Shown: piece after piece, positions 12,480 through 24,760 of the stretch
Position numbering within the stretch: the stretch's first letter is position 1
How the letters are laid out: every line of letters starts with the position of its first letter
Assembly (NCBI RefSeq): GCF_964213995.1
Contig: NC_135815.1
Coordinates: 8,370,001-8,434,000, forward strand
Origin: Mustelus asterias
Lineage: Eukaryota
Length of the DNA stretch: 64,000 nt
Direction: 5' to 3'
The notes under the pieces: generated by a model
What the model was told of the DNA's origin: nothing
The model's database searches: none
What the model saw: only the letters and a program-made list of their open reading frames with translations
Made by a program: the position numbers and the translations under genes

Positions 12480-14668
12480 AAGATAGAAACCAAACCGAGA
12501 GAGACTCATTTTATTCCCCTGCATTTTAATTTTTGTTTCAAAGTCAATGGCAATGCAAAGGGCAAAAACCCACCGAGGAAATGCCTAAAAAGTGAAGGCT
12601 TTGGCCTCCTACCCCCCCCCCACACCCCCCAACCCACCCTGTCCCGTGCTGAGCTGTGCAAACGTGGGAGATGTCCAGCCATGCACTGAAACAGAAAGAC
12701 TTGCATTTAAATAGCGCCATTCACAACCTCAAGAAGTTTCAAAAGCGCTTTACGGTCCATAAAGTCCTTCTCTGACGTCTTGTAAAGTGGGGGAAAAGGG
12801 GCTCCTTTGCATTCAATGGGGAGAGACGCAGAGGATTTGAGCAAAAGCGGCTCTTGAATATTGGCTGTGTAGCGTGCGAGCGCCACTGTTGTGTCTTTCT
12901 GAGATTGAAGGTGGCCTCCAGGCCACTGGGTGGACTAACGGCCGTGGGGAGAAGCGAAGAGATGGCAGGAGGAAGGTAGTTTATGAATCTGGAGTTGATG
13001 GAAGAGAGAGAGAGAGCAAAAAAGAAAGGCTAGAGAGAGAGGACAAGGAGGGTGAGAGGTTTTTGAAAGCTTTATTTGTGGGCAAAGGTTTATTTCCCTG
13101 GAGTTGAATTTCTCAGTCGAGCTGAGTTAGAGAGATTGGCATCGTTGGTACCTGGACAGGTTCTGGGAGAGAGGAGCTGTTTTGTGGGGGATTGAGGTCT
13201 AAGCTGTAGCCACAGTGTAGGGTTGGTCACTCCATCCCATAGTGAAGGAAGGAAATAGCAAGTACTGTAAATGGAAGGGTCGGCATTGGAAGATCCGTGT
13301 AGTCTTTACGCTGGGTGTATTGTCAATTTCAAACACATGGAGGCAGCAGAGTGCAGGCGGAGATCCAGCCTTTGTGCCGTTAACAGTTAGATGTGTCAAT
13401 CAGCATGACCGCAAACTGTTCAGACCGGGGGCTTCCTGTTCAATGCCTGGTCTGTGATTGGTTAATGTAGTCAGAACGGGTACAGTTGATTCCTGTTCCT
13501 GAGGGGGGGGGGTGCAGGTGCTGAGTGCGGGAGGATAGGTCAGAAAACATTCGATTGCATTTGCTGTGGGATCAGAAGGTGGGCTGGTGGGATCAGAGGT
13601 CAGGGCAGTGGGGTCAGAGGTCAGGACAGTGGGCTCCCTGTCCCAGAGAGCCTCCTCACTTTGTTTGCTTGGCAGAGCCACCCACAGTAGCCAATAAGTC
13701 GCCTTTGAGACTGAACCACAGACTATATCGCTCACTAACTTCAGGAGAGGAGAGGAACCCAAAAGGGGGAAGGAAATGGCGGTTGCACGACAGTGGCTTT
13801 TTTGGGATTTGGATGTTCCAGAAACCATTCAATTCAATACAAATAATTTTTGATGTTTTTCTTCTCAGTTGCCTATCTTTTCCTCAGTTGTTATCAAGTT
13901 AGTAGAGTTATCCAGTTAGATAAGCAATGGATTGAAGAAAGCCACTTGCCCGTTTGACCCAATGCTAACCCAATTGTAACACTCTCTTGACTTCAGCTGA
14001 GTGTGGTATGATGCCAGCCTGAATCAAAGGCACTCGGTGTCACTGGTATGGGTGCATCATTAATACCCATTCCTGAATCCTTAAACAGAGCCACTGAACC
14101 CAGTCTGACCCCAGTTGCTATGTTTAGTTCTGGTTGATCCCAGTGTAGGGTGTTCAGTCATGTCGGGTAGAGTTGGATGCTGGCACAGTCTGTGGAAGCT
14201 AAGCCACATTTCTATTGTAACTAACTTTGGTTCAATTCTGCCACGGGATCACAATCAGCCAGCCATGATAAATAAGACGGGGATAGAGTCGACACAACCC
14301 GCACTCCCTCCCTCCCCCAAGTATCTGCCGCAATCATTCCTCGATTAAACTATTCCATACAAATCTCCATGCATCCCGGTTTTCACCTTCCCTTGAGGTA
14401 TTTTCCAGCTGGCAAGCACTCCGACGACTTCCCAACATTCCCATTTAAAGCTCAGGTTGTGACACATGGGATGGAAGCCATTCCTTGTCTTTCCTGCTGA
14501 CCCCTCGACTGCCTCCCACATTCCCCAATCCAGGTCGTGCCCAATCTCTGTGCCCACCTTCCTCCCGCCCCGAGCTCTGTGCAGGAGCCCCGGTTGGGCA
14601 GTTGCCTCGTGGCACACATCCAGTCCAGTGCCACTTCCATCAAGTCTGCTTAAAAGTCTTTCTCAAAT

Positions 14669-14996
14669 CCAGCGTCCCCATTCCCTCTCTGCCAGCGTTT
14701 CCATTCCCTCTCTGCCAGTGTCCTCATTCCCTCTCTGCCAGCGTCCTCATTCCCTCTCTGCCAGCGTTCCCATTTCCTCTCTGCCAGCGTTCCCATTCTC
14801 TCTCTGCCAGTGTCCTCTTTCCCTCTCTGCCAGCATCTCCATTCCCTCTCTGCCAGCATCTCCATTCCCTCTCTGCCAGCATCTCCATTCCCTCTCTGCC
14901 AGCATCTCCATTCCCTCTCTGCCAGCGTCCTCATTTCCTCTCTGCCAGCATCCCCATTCCCTCTCTGCCAGCGCCCCCATTCCCTCTGTGCCAGCT
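14669..14996. repeat. 23-bp minisatellite in the putative NHSL1 3' UTR
   Basis: gccagcatctccattccctctct, about 14 copies. Confidence 0.9.
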
Positions 14997-16133
14997 TTCA
15001 AGTGGCATTGAACTCCTCAAGCCTTTGGCAGCAAGGTCTGGGCCAGAGATTCCATATTTGTCCAGTATTTAGATCCCTGGCAGATTTCAGCGTTCCTCCC
15101 TTCTCTGCCAAGAGTAGATATCGGATAGATTTAGTGATCAGAGTCTGCAATGAGAAACACAGCTGGCTGCTACAAGTTGGGCTGTAGTTGGCCTGAGTGG
15201 CACCCTCAGCATTTGGGAAGTGGAGCGAGCAAGGCAGGATTCCGAGCTATTAGCCCAGCACAGAACATGTCTGCACCTGAGCTGAGGCGGGCGGGAGGTG
15301 CAGGATTGAGTGATGATGCCCCTTGAGTCGAACAACTCACTGGTACACTTCAACATTTTGACTACTTGGGTAGAGTGAAGGCAAGGGAGTGGAACAATCA
15401 CTAAATGGTATCAGTGAGGAGTAGGAGATGAGAGAGGGAGGCCCAGGAAAGAGACTGAAGGACAGGGGTTGACAGTGAATTGCTGATTGAGACACTATTA
15501 CAGATATATATATATATATGACTAGAATATTCCAAATCCTGTCATACTTGCTGATATTCGGTTACCAAAGAGACGGAACCTTTCCTAAGAAGAAAAACTG
15601 CCTACAGTATTTTTTAAGAAACATTCAGAGAGGTTTTAAAAAGAATAATTACTTCGTGTTCACACCCTGCCGCACAGTTAAAGCCTTACATATTAAACTC
15701 AACTAAAGCTCGCTCACTCAATTGGCACCAAAGCCAGCTGGACTTGTCAAAGGGAAGAGATGTTTCCTTCCCTGAATTCTGAGCTTTATATACTGTTTTT
15801 ATGTGTACAGAGATTGTAAAATGGCCTCTACTTTTTTTTTTGGATTCCCTTTGTAAACGTAAGTTTTGGAAATTTGTACATTTTAGTGTTTCTTGTTTTT
15901 ACATTGCAAGTTTGTAGATTATTTATTTTAGTACGGAGAGTGTGAGAGAGGCTTCTACCCTTTCATTTGCTGTCCTTCATGTGTCTGGGATCTGCTTTTA
16001 CTGGAGATGCAGGGAGGGGTGCAGGGCCCTTTTCTGTTCTGGTTGGGACTTTACTGGAAACACTGAGGCCTTTCCGAATGCCTTTTATTTGTAGAGGGAA
16101 GGATGTTAACGATTGCTGTGTTTTCACACTTCA

Positions 16134-16139
16134 AATAAA
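16134..16139 (+). terminator. Probable NHSL1 polyadenylation signal
   Basis: AATAAA at the end of a largely repeat-free, partly U-rich stretch (15500-16140); implies a 3' UTR of about 3.7 kb. Confidence 0.5.
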
Positions 16140-16286
16140 GCAAGATTTTCAGCTCATCTGCAGAACCCGTTCTTGCGTATAACAGATTACCAAGGGGTCC
16201 CCCACCTTGTTCAACTTCTTAGTGTCACTTCAGTGCATTCCAAAATTCACAAGCAGTTCATATGGTCAATATTGTTCATTAATTTA

Positions 16287-16420
16287 CATGATGTGGAGAT
16301 GCAGGCTTTGGACTGGGGTAAACACAGTAAGAAGTCTCACAACATCAGGTTAAAGTCCAACAGGTTTATTTGGAATCACGAGCTTTCGGAGCAATGTTCA
16401 CTCACCTGATGAAGGAGCAT
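16287..16420. mobile_element. Truncated fold-back element, family A, reverse orientation
   Basis: catgatgtggagatgc...aggttaaagtccaacaggtttatttgg...agctttcggagc...ctgatgaaggagc. Confidence 0.55.
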
Positions 16421-16472
16421 CAGGGACCCAGGTTCGATTCCCAGCTTGGGTCACTGTGTGGAGTTTGCACAT

Positions 16473-16767
16473 TTAAAGTTTATTTATTAGTGTCACAAGT
16501 AGGCTTACATTAACACTGCAATGAAGTTACTGTGAAAATTCCCTAGTCGTCACGCTCTGGTGCCTGTTTGGGTACACTGAGGGAGAATTTAGCATGGCCA
16601 ATGCACCTAACCAGCACATCTTTTGGACTGTGGGTGGAAACCGGAGCACCTGGAGGAAACCCACACAGACACGGGGAGAACATGCAGACTCTGCACAGTG
16701 ACCCAAGCTGAGAATCGAACCCGGGTCCCTGGCGCTGTGAGGCAGCAGTGCTAACCACTGTGCCACC
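16473..16767 (-). mobile_element. V-SINE, tail B, nested in a + strand V-SINE (16424-16880)
   Basis: Host rejoins as gcacatt|cgccccgtgtc; TSD ATT. Confidence 0.75.
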
Positions 16768-16967
16768 ATTCGCCCCGTGTCAACATGGGTTTCTCCGGGT
16801 GCTCTGGTTTCCTCCCACACTCCAAAGATGTGCGGAATAGGTGGATTGGCCAGGCTAAATTGACCCTTAGTGTCAGTACCCCCTTGTATTTTAGGATGTT
16901 GTAAGAGCCTCGGCTGGTTCTGATCGATATGATTCTGTGCAGGTTGCTGCTTAACCTGTTCACCAGA

Positions 16968-17143
16968 CAGTTCCCCTAATCCAGCCACCAGTTCCCCAAA
17001 TCCGGCTACCAGTTCCCCTAATCCGGCTACCAGTTCCCCTAATCCGGCCACCAATTCCCCTAATCCGGCCTCCAGCTCCCCTAATCCGCCCACCAGCTCC
17101 CCAAATCCGGCCTCCAGCTCCCCTAATCCGGCCTCCAGCTCCC
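16968..17143. repeat. 21-bp minisatellite
   Basis: ccagctcccctaatccggcct, about 8 copies. Confidence 0.85.
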
Positions 17144-17361
17144 ATCGCTCAGTCAGCAAAGGTTTGCAGGCTGGAAGCTGCCTAAGGCCCACCCTGAGGC
17201 AACACCACGCCGTCCCGGTAACTGGTCTGGGTGAGGGCCTAGAGAGGGGGACTAGAACCCACAACCTTCCACTCCCCAAGGTGCCATCTGAACCAACACA
17301 CGTCAACCTGACAGAAAAATAATAAGACGGCGTAGCCGGGGTTACGATATGCACCCGCATG

Positions 17362-17367
17362 TTTATT
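17362..17367 (-). terminator. Probable ARFGEF3 polyadenylation signal
   Basis: TTTATT on + (AATAAA on -) preceded on the - strand by unique U-rich sequence; implies a 3' UTR of about 3.5 kb. Confidence 0.45.
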
Positions 17368-18019
17368 CTACAATACAAGCAACAGAAATACAGATCATCC
17401 CACAGCTGCTTATTAAACTGGAATTCTGAATTCACGGTGGCCCATTTGGACCACTCTCGACAGCAGGAAAATATACACAAATGACGTTTTTCTTTCTCAA
17501 CATAACTTATGCATAAACTGCAGTGACATTCTGACCAGCCAAACGGCAACTTAAAACATCGGACACCCGAGAAACACAAATACGCTATAAATAAAAGGTG
17601 AGGAAAAGGAGAATTCTTTTGCAGCAACTACAAAAGCCGGACAGGATGAGCACAGTAATTGAACGGACAATGTTGTACACAGTTACACGTGGCAAGGTTG
17701 GATTCGACCCAGTGTGAAATACTGTCGTCAGCAGCTCAGAGGCTAACAGGTTCATTGGGTTGTCACTGGGATTTCAGGTATAAAGTGTAAAGCTTCAAGT
17801 TACGTCCATTTGAACTGTTAACAACCCACCCCCCCTACTGCCCCGCACCCCCCCACCCCCCACCCCCAACCTCAGGGGAACATAACAGATTCTGTCCCAT
17901 CAGCATCAGGTTGTGTCTGGGTGATCAGCTCGAAAGGCAAGGTCAGCGACCCTCTTTCTGTCTGCGCAATACGCCATTCCACCAAAGAACAGGGACTTGC
18001 AATTACGCCGTGCGTTTCA

Positions 18020-18563
18020 GAATGGAATACTGTGTGCAGTTCTGGTCACCCTATTATAGAAAGGATATTATTAAACTAGAAAGAGTGCAGAAAAGATTTA
18101 CTCGGATGCTACCGGGACTTGAAGGTTTGAGTTATAAGGAGAGGCTGGATAGACTGGGACTTTTTTCTCTGGAGCGTAGGAGGCTGAGGGGTGACCTTAT
18201 AGAGGTCTATAAAATAATGAGGGGCACAGATCAGCTCGATAGTCAATATCTTTTCCCAAAGGTAGGGGAGTCTAAAATTAGAGGGCATAGGTTTAAGGTG
18301 AGAGATACAAAAGAGTTCAGAGAGGCAATTTTTTCACTCAGAGGGTGGCGAGTGTCTGGAACGAGTTGCCAGAGGTAGTAGTAGAGGCGGATACAATTCT
18401 GTCTTTTAAAAAGCATTTAGACAGTTACATGGGTACGATGGGTGTAAAGGGATATGGGCCAAACGCAGGCAATTGGGACTAGCTTAGTGGTAAAAACAAA
18501 GGGCGGCATGGACAAGTTGGGTTGAAGGGCCTGTTTCCATGCTGTAAACCTCTTTGACTCTAT
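18020..18563 (+). mobile_element. CR1 3' fragment within the putative ARFGEF3 3' UTR
   Basis: EYCVQFWSPYYRKD...LERRRLRGDLIEVYK; 3' end gggcctgtttccatgctgtaaacctc. Confidence 0.85.
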
Positions 18564-19334
18564 GGTGAGGCTTCCAGAGGTGCTTTGCAGCCAATGAATT
18601 ATTTTTGAAGTGTAGCCTCCATCGTGGTGTAGGAAATGCAGCGGGCAATTTATGCACAGCAAGATCCCACTAACAGAAATGTGACATTGACTAGATGATC
18701 TGTTTCGCTTTTAGTTATGAGGGTCGAGGGAGAAATATTAACCCGGACACTGGGGAGAATTCCCTGCTTTTCTGCCAAATAGTGCCAGGAAATCATTTCC
18801 GTCCTCCCACGCGGGGCCTCGGTTTAATGTCTTATCTGAAAGGTACCTCTGACAGCGCAGCACCCCCTCAGTACATCAGCAGTGCCGTTAGGAAGAGAGA
18901 TCCTAGCAACCTTATTCTCCTCGTGTGATAAACTCTGCCCCGGTGATGGGTTTAGATCTGGGGCTAAAAGCAAGATCTGTTCATGACTGATTATATCAGA
19001 AATAATGGGATTCATTGGAGAACTGTTTCTTCAAACTAGCAGAGGGACAATGGGCCGAATGGCTTCCTTCTGTGCTGGCAGCTTCTCTGATTAAGCGGAA
19101 TGTTTTACTGAACATGGGGAAGGGTCTCTCTACATCAACCAGAAGCAGAAACAAACCTCAGACTCCTACTGCATGCCTCAATTGCATTATTCTTAGGTTT
19201 TCGAAAGGTTTGCAGGCCCATATTCCTTGCTATGTGTATCTAATACCAACTTCAATGGAAAGATAAATTGGGCGGCGTGAATAATGGGATAACAATCCAC
19301 CTCTTCCCATTTTACACATTCATGGAATTCTTAC

Positions 19335-20120
19335 AGAAGGCCATTTGGTCCATTGTGTCTGCACTAGGTCCTAACCCTGGACATTCATCCTTTCCAGATA
19401 GCAGTCTAATTCCCTTTTCACTGAACCTGCCTCCACCACACTCTCAGACAGTGTATTCCAGACTCGACTGAACCTGCCTCCACCACACTCTCAGACAGTG
19501 TATTCCAGACTCGACTGAACCTGTCTCCACCGCACTCTCGGACAGTGTATTCCAGACTCGACTGAATCTGTCTCCACCGCACTCTCGGACAGTGTATTCC
19601 AGACTCGACTGAACCTGCCTCCACCGCACTCGGACAGTGTATTCCAGACTTGACTGAACCTGCCTCCACCACACTCTCAGTGTATTGCAGACTTGACTGA
19701 ACCTGCCTCCACTGCACTCTCAGACAGTGTATTCCAGACTCGACTGAACCTGCCTCCACCGCACTCTCAGACAGTGTATTCCAGACTCGACTGAACCTGC
19801 CTCCACCGCATTCTCGGACAGTGTATTCCAGACTCGAACCACTTTTGCTTCTTTTCCCAATGATTTTAAATCTCGATCCTAATTATTGGGAACAGTTTCT
19901 CTCTATCTACTCTGTCCAGGTCCCGCCATGTTTTTGAACACTTTGATCACATCTCCCCTCAACCTTCCTTTTCCCAAGGAAACAAGTCCCAACTTCTCCA
20001 ATCTGTCCATGGAACTGAAGCCACCAATCTCTGGAACCATTCTTTTATGCATTCTCTCCAGCGCAGTCATATCTTTCCCTAAAGTACGGCGCCCAGAATC
20101 AGACGCAATAGTCCAGCTGG
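19335..20120 (-). mobile_element. Old CR1 fragment containing an internal 47-bp tandem array
   Basis: ALERMHKR...RLRGDVIKVFK on the - strand. Confidence 0.65.
19420..19838. repeat. 47-bp minisatellite derived from CR1 sequence
   Basis: actgaacctgcctccaccgcactctcagacagtgtattccagactcg, about 9 copies. Confidence 0.9.
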
Positions 20121-20903
20121 TAACATTGTAGGTCCCACCCAAACGTGACTGAGAGTTTGTTTTTGTTTAGATGGGAAAACTAAGGTGGGTCAAAATGGCC
20201 ACTCTGAAATGCCACTCCGCTCTCACCTTGTTGACCTGCCTTTGATCGCTTACCCTGCACTCTACCACTGGTCACTGGTCAGCTGATGAGGTTTAATACT
20301 CCCCCCTCACTCAGATAAACCACATGGACTTTCTGATCATAATACTGCCACCATTCCACACCCTTCAGCCCCTATCTGGTGGCTGGTTTTTCAGCTTCTG
20401 TCCTTGACCACAAGTAAATACGACTGTGCTCACAGGAGAACCTGGCCTCCAGACATCTCCGGAACATCCTAGCCATCGGAACAAGGCCCCTCTCTGCTGA
20501 GGTGGGACGGTAATCTGCCTGTAACAGCCACCCCACATTCAAGCAGAAACAAAATCACACTCAGGCAAGGTCGCTTCCACTCGAAATTCCACCTCGGGAC
20601 CCATCGACCGGGAGTGGAAAGACGTTACTCTTGATCCCGAGGAATTGCATTGAAAGGATAGAGGACAGATCCCCAGCTTAGGTTGAAGATTTTCCCAGGG
20701 ACTAGGCCACTGGGCCTTGATGGAAATGCAGCAAAAATGAACGGTTTGGGGCACTGGAGCGTAACGATAAAAATATCTCCCAGTCGGGACGGGTAAAGTA
20801 GGTCATTTACTTGAAGGTTAAAAGTGAACTAGTGTGCTTCATAAATATAGATTCCTTCTTTATTTCCCCCCTCCCGTTGCCTTTGCGGCATTCCTCTTTT
20901 TTT

Positions 20904-21095
20904 TTACATAATTATATCATAAACCCTTCCCACTCTTCCGAGCCATTCCCTGACAGCTTGGCGAACACGGACATCGGTGACGTGGCAGGTGAGCTGGCTG
21001 ATGCTCGGGAACACTGACGGCTGCAGCGCGGTGAAGGTCTGGTCCGGCAGCAGCTGGATTTGGTTCAGGACAGTCAGGATCATGTTGGTCCAGGC
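20904..21095 (-). CDS. ARFGEF3: ARFGEF3/BIG3 last coding exon
   Basis: tgtag|GCC...TAA. Encodes AWTNMILTVLNQIQLLPDQTFTALQPSVFPSISQLTCHVTDVRVRQAVREWLGRVGRVYDIIM*, recognised as the BIG3 C-terminus. Absent from the ORF track. Confidence 0.94.
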   Translation of the reverse strand, partial: AWTNMILTVLNQIQLLPDQTFTALQPSVFPSISQLTCHVTDVRVRQAVREWLGRVGRVYDIIM

Positions 21096-21286
21096 CTACA
21101 CAACGGAAAAGCCATTTTAGTCAGGTGACCCGACAACAACAACTTACATTTGTATAGTACACGGCAAGACCCTCTCAAGCCGCATCAGAAGAACATCAAT
21201 AAAACACTGAGACACGCGAGGAGATATTCGGGCAGGTCAGATGATTTGGTCAAAGTGCCAGGCTTTAGGGAGGCAAGAGAGGGAAA

Positions 21287-21485
21287 ATGCTGGAAAATCT
21301 CAGCAGGTCTGGCAGCATCTGTAAGGAGAGAAAAGAGCTGACGTTTCGAGTCCAAAGGGTCATCTGGACTCGAAACGTCAGCTCTTTTCTCTCCTTACAG
21401 ATGCTGCCAGACCTGCTGAGATTTTCCAGCATTTTACCTTTTGGTTCCAGATGCCAGCATCCGCAGTAATTTGCTTTCATATAGG
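21287..21485. mobile_element. Fold-back Penelope-like element, family B
   Basis: Perfect 71-bp inverted repeat (21284-21354 and 21365-21435) plus extension; 11-bp TSD AGAGAGGGAAA. Confidence 0.75.
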
Positions 21486-21749
21486 AGAGAGGGAAAGACT
21501 CAGGGAGAAAACTCCATACTTCAGGACCCAGAGAGTTGAAGACACGGCCACCGATAATGCAGCGATTAAAATCAGGATGCCGGGATTGCAGGAGCGCAGA
21601 GATCTCGGAGGGTCGGAGGGCGAGAGGAGGTTACACAGATAGGGAGGGATGGGGCCCGGGAGGGGTTTGAACACAAGCAACTCCAGAACAAAAATGCCTT
21701 TGGTCCCCTGAAGTCGTCAGCCAGTAATTTCTTAAGTATAAGTTTATGT

Positions 21750-22054
21750 TTAAGTTTATTTATTAGTGTCACAAGTAGGCTGACATTAACACTGCAATGA
21801 AGTTACTGTGAAAATCCCCGAGTTTCCACACGCCGGCACCTGTTCGGGTACACTGAGGGAGAATTTAGCACGCCCAATGCACCCTAACCAGCGCATCTTT
21901 CGAAGTGTGGGAAGAAACCGGAGCACCCGGAGGAAACCCACGCAGACATGGGGAGAACGTGCAGTCTCCGCAGACAGTGACCCAAACCGGGAATTGAACC
22001 TGGGTCCCTGGCGCTGTGAGGCAGCAGTGTTAACCACTGTGCCACCGTGCCACC
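21750..22054 (-). mobile_element. V-SINE, tail B
   Basis: Head/core plus type B tail. Confidence 0.8.
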
Positions 22055-23018
22055 CTTCTCTGGAGAAGGGGGTGGGGGGGGGGGAGGCGGACGGGTGAGG
22101 GGGTGGAGGCGGGCGGGTGAGGGGGGGGAGGCGGGCGGGTGAGGGGGGGGCGAAATCAGTGGAATCCCTGGAGGATTTTGACACTGGATTTATTGTCCAC
22201 TCCTGTTAGTCCAAATAGGGCGGTTGACATTGTCTCTGAGCAATTGTTTTTCCAGCCCAGGGACGTGCTGTGGACAATCGTCTCTCTCCGCTACGACTGA
22301 CTCACGGCCCAATCGGCGTGGGTTCACTGAGGAGCTTGATGATGCCCAGGTTTGATTTGCGGTCCCTTAAAACATGCGAGAGGAGAGTCTCGGGTGAAAT
22401 TGGGAAGTCGGGTCCTTCCTGCCCAGGCGTACACGTGAGCACGAGCTGCTCAGGGGATTGCTGGGAATTAAAGAACAAAATGGAGGGAACAACTGGTGGG
22501 GAGGGAGGGTCCATAAAAATACTGAGCGAAAGGCAATTGGCACAAACACCAGAGAGAACGCGAGTTAACACAACGAGTGGTTAGGAATTGGAAAGCATGA
22601 GGAGGGAGCGATTCGATAGTCACTTTCAAAAGGGAATTGGGGAACGCATGAGGGAGAAAGAATTACGCTGATGTTGGGGGGGGGAGGAGGGTAGGACTAA
22701 CTGGATTTAATTTAATTTATTATTGTCACATAGAAGATAGGAGATGGAAGAGGCCATTCGGCCCTTCGAGCCTGCTCCTCCATTCATCACGATCATGGCT
22801 GATTGTCCAACTCAAAACCTAATCCTGCTTTCTCCCCATAACCTATAGAAACATGTATTGGGATACAGTGAAAAGTATTGTTTCTTGCGCGCTATACTGA
22901 CAAAGCATACTGTTCATAGAGAAGGAAAGGAGAGAGTGCAGAATGTAGTGTTACAGTCATAGCTCGGGCGTAGAGAAAGATCAGCTTGCTTCTCTGAGGT
23001 TTGAGAGCAGTACTGTAC

Positions 23019-24231
23019 CTGCATCTGGGCCTCAGTGTCCCGGACAGAGACACTGTGCGAGCTCACGGTGGAGCCAGAGCGTGGCCGTTTCTCCTGCCTG
23101 AGCAGCTCAGGCCCCGCGCTGAGCGAGTGCCGCATTTGGCCCTGGTCCAGCAGCTGCTGAGGCCTTTGCAGAGGGGAATCTGGACACCTCCCGGCTGCCG
23201 CCTCCCCCTTCTCCGACTTCCCGTCCTTGACGAAGGCGGTCAGGTTGTGTTGCTGTTTGCGTTTCTTGTACTCGAACACCAGCTTGTTAATGGTCTTGTC
23301 GGTGGCGATGGTGTAGATCTTGTTGCCGGCGCTTTCCCACCATTCCTTCCTCCTGCCTGGCTCCTTCTTCTCCCCGTTGGGGCTCAAGGGGGCGCTGCCC
23401 GGCCCTTTGGCCTTCCCGTCTTCCGCCGCCGGCTCTTTCGCGTGACACTTGGCACTCTCTTCCGAGGGCGTGTCCTTGCCCGACATGCCCCCGGTGGACG
23501 GGGTGGAGCCTTCGGAATAGCAGGAGGGCAGGAAGAAGAGGGGGTCGCCCCTCATTGCCAGGGGTCCCTCCGCCAAGCTCTCCAGGTCAAGATGCAGCTG
23601 GATATAGTTGTTACAGAGCTCCAGGCACAGTTTGTGGAGCCTCTTCACCAGCCAGACCCAGTCGGCATTGCTGACAGGCTGGATACTGAGAGATGGCACT
23701 CGGGCCCGCCATTGCCTCTTCTCCTTCCCCCTCGGAGGGCTTACTTGGGCCGTCTCCTCGAAGATATCCTCATCCTCCGAGGAGCACTGCTGGGAAGAAT
23801 CCGAGCTCAGCTCTTCCTCCTCATACAGAATCTTCTTCACTTGCTCAGCAGTGATGTTCTCCTGGTTGGTCAGAATGGCATAAACCAAAGCCTGGAAGTA
23901 AATGTTGAAGCTCATGGCTGACTGGCGGTAAAGGTTGGCAGCTCCCCCCACGCCCGACACTTTCATCAGCAGGTACTTCAGGCCAGGCCTGGTGTCAAAC
24001 TCCCTGGCTGTTCTGTAAGAGTCCAGCAGCAGGTCGAAGATGACAGCCAGGTTCTGCATGGAGATATACCTCAGGAAGCTGGCTGGCCTGCTCTCTCCAA
24101 AAGCAACCGTTCGATCTGAAGCCTCGCTCGGTGTTGGACCTTTGACAAATTCTTCGAGCAGAACGTCATAGAGATTCTGCAGTAACACCTGGTGGGATAA
24201 CAAACTCACCACTATCGTCCGGAATGGAATT
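23019..24231 (-). CDS. ARFGEF3: ARFGEF3 large penultimate exon (1213 nt)
   Basis: ccacag|A ATT CCA...ATG CAG|gtacag. IPFRTIVVSLLSHQVLLQNLYD...SSEDEDIFEETAQVSPPRGKEKRQWRAR...EAQMQ. Confidence 0.93.
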
Positions 24232-24274
24232 CTGTGGATCAAAAGACAGAGATTTAACCAGAAATGCACATAGA

Positions 24275-24760
24275 GCGTGTGTACATGACTGTGTAATTGT
24301 GTGTGTGCATGAAGTGCACTTGTGAGTATGTACGTGAATGTATGTGTGAGTACATGGTTGTTTGTGCGTGTACATGAGTGCAAGTGAGTATGTGTACATG
24401 AGTACATGTGTGTGTATACATGAGTGCATGTGAGTGTGTGTGTACATAAGTGCATGTGTGCATGTTTGTGTGTACATGTGTGCATGTGTGTGCACGTATG
24501 TGTATATGTACATGCGTGTGAGTTTGTGTTTGAGAGAGTTTATGTTTGTGTGTGAATGAGTGTGCGTGTACATGTCACTATATATGTTTCCTGTGTATGA
24601 TATGTGTGTATATGAGTGCATGTGTGTGTATATGAGTGAGTGTTTCTGTGTGTGATATGAGTGTATGTTTGTGTACATGCGTATGTTTCGTGTGTGTATG
24701 TGAGTATTTCTGTGTGCGTATATGAGTGCATGTACGTGTATATGAGTGAGTGTGCATGTG
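24275..24760. repeat. Degenerate (TG/CA)-rich microsatellite
   Basis: Alternating purine-pyrimidine tract. Confidence 0.85.

Noticed and set aside
16527-17627. 366-aa - strand ORF with GELVAGL repeats
   Set aside because: Composite of UTR/intergenic sequence, a 21-bp tandem repeat and two SINEs; no splice or homology support.
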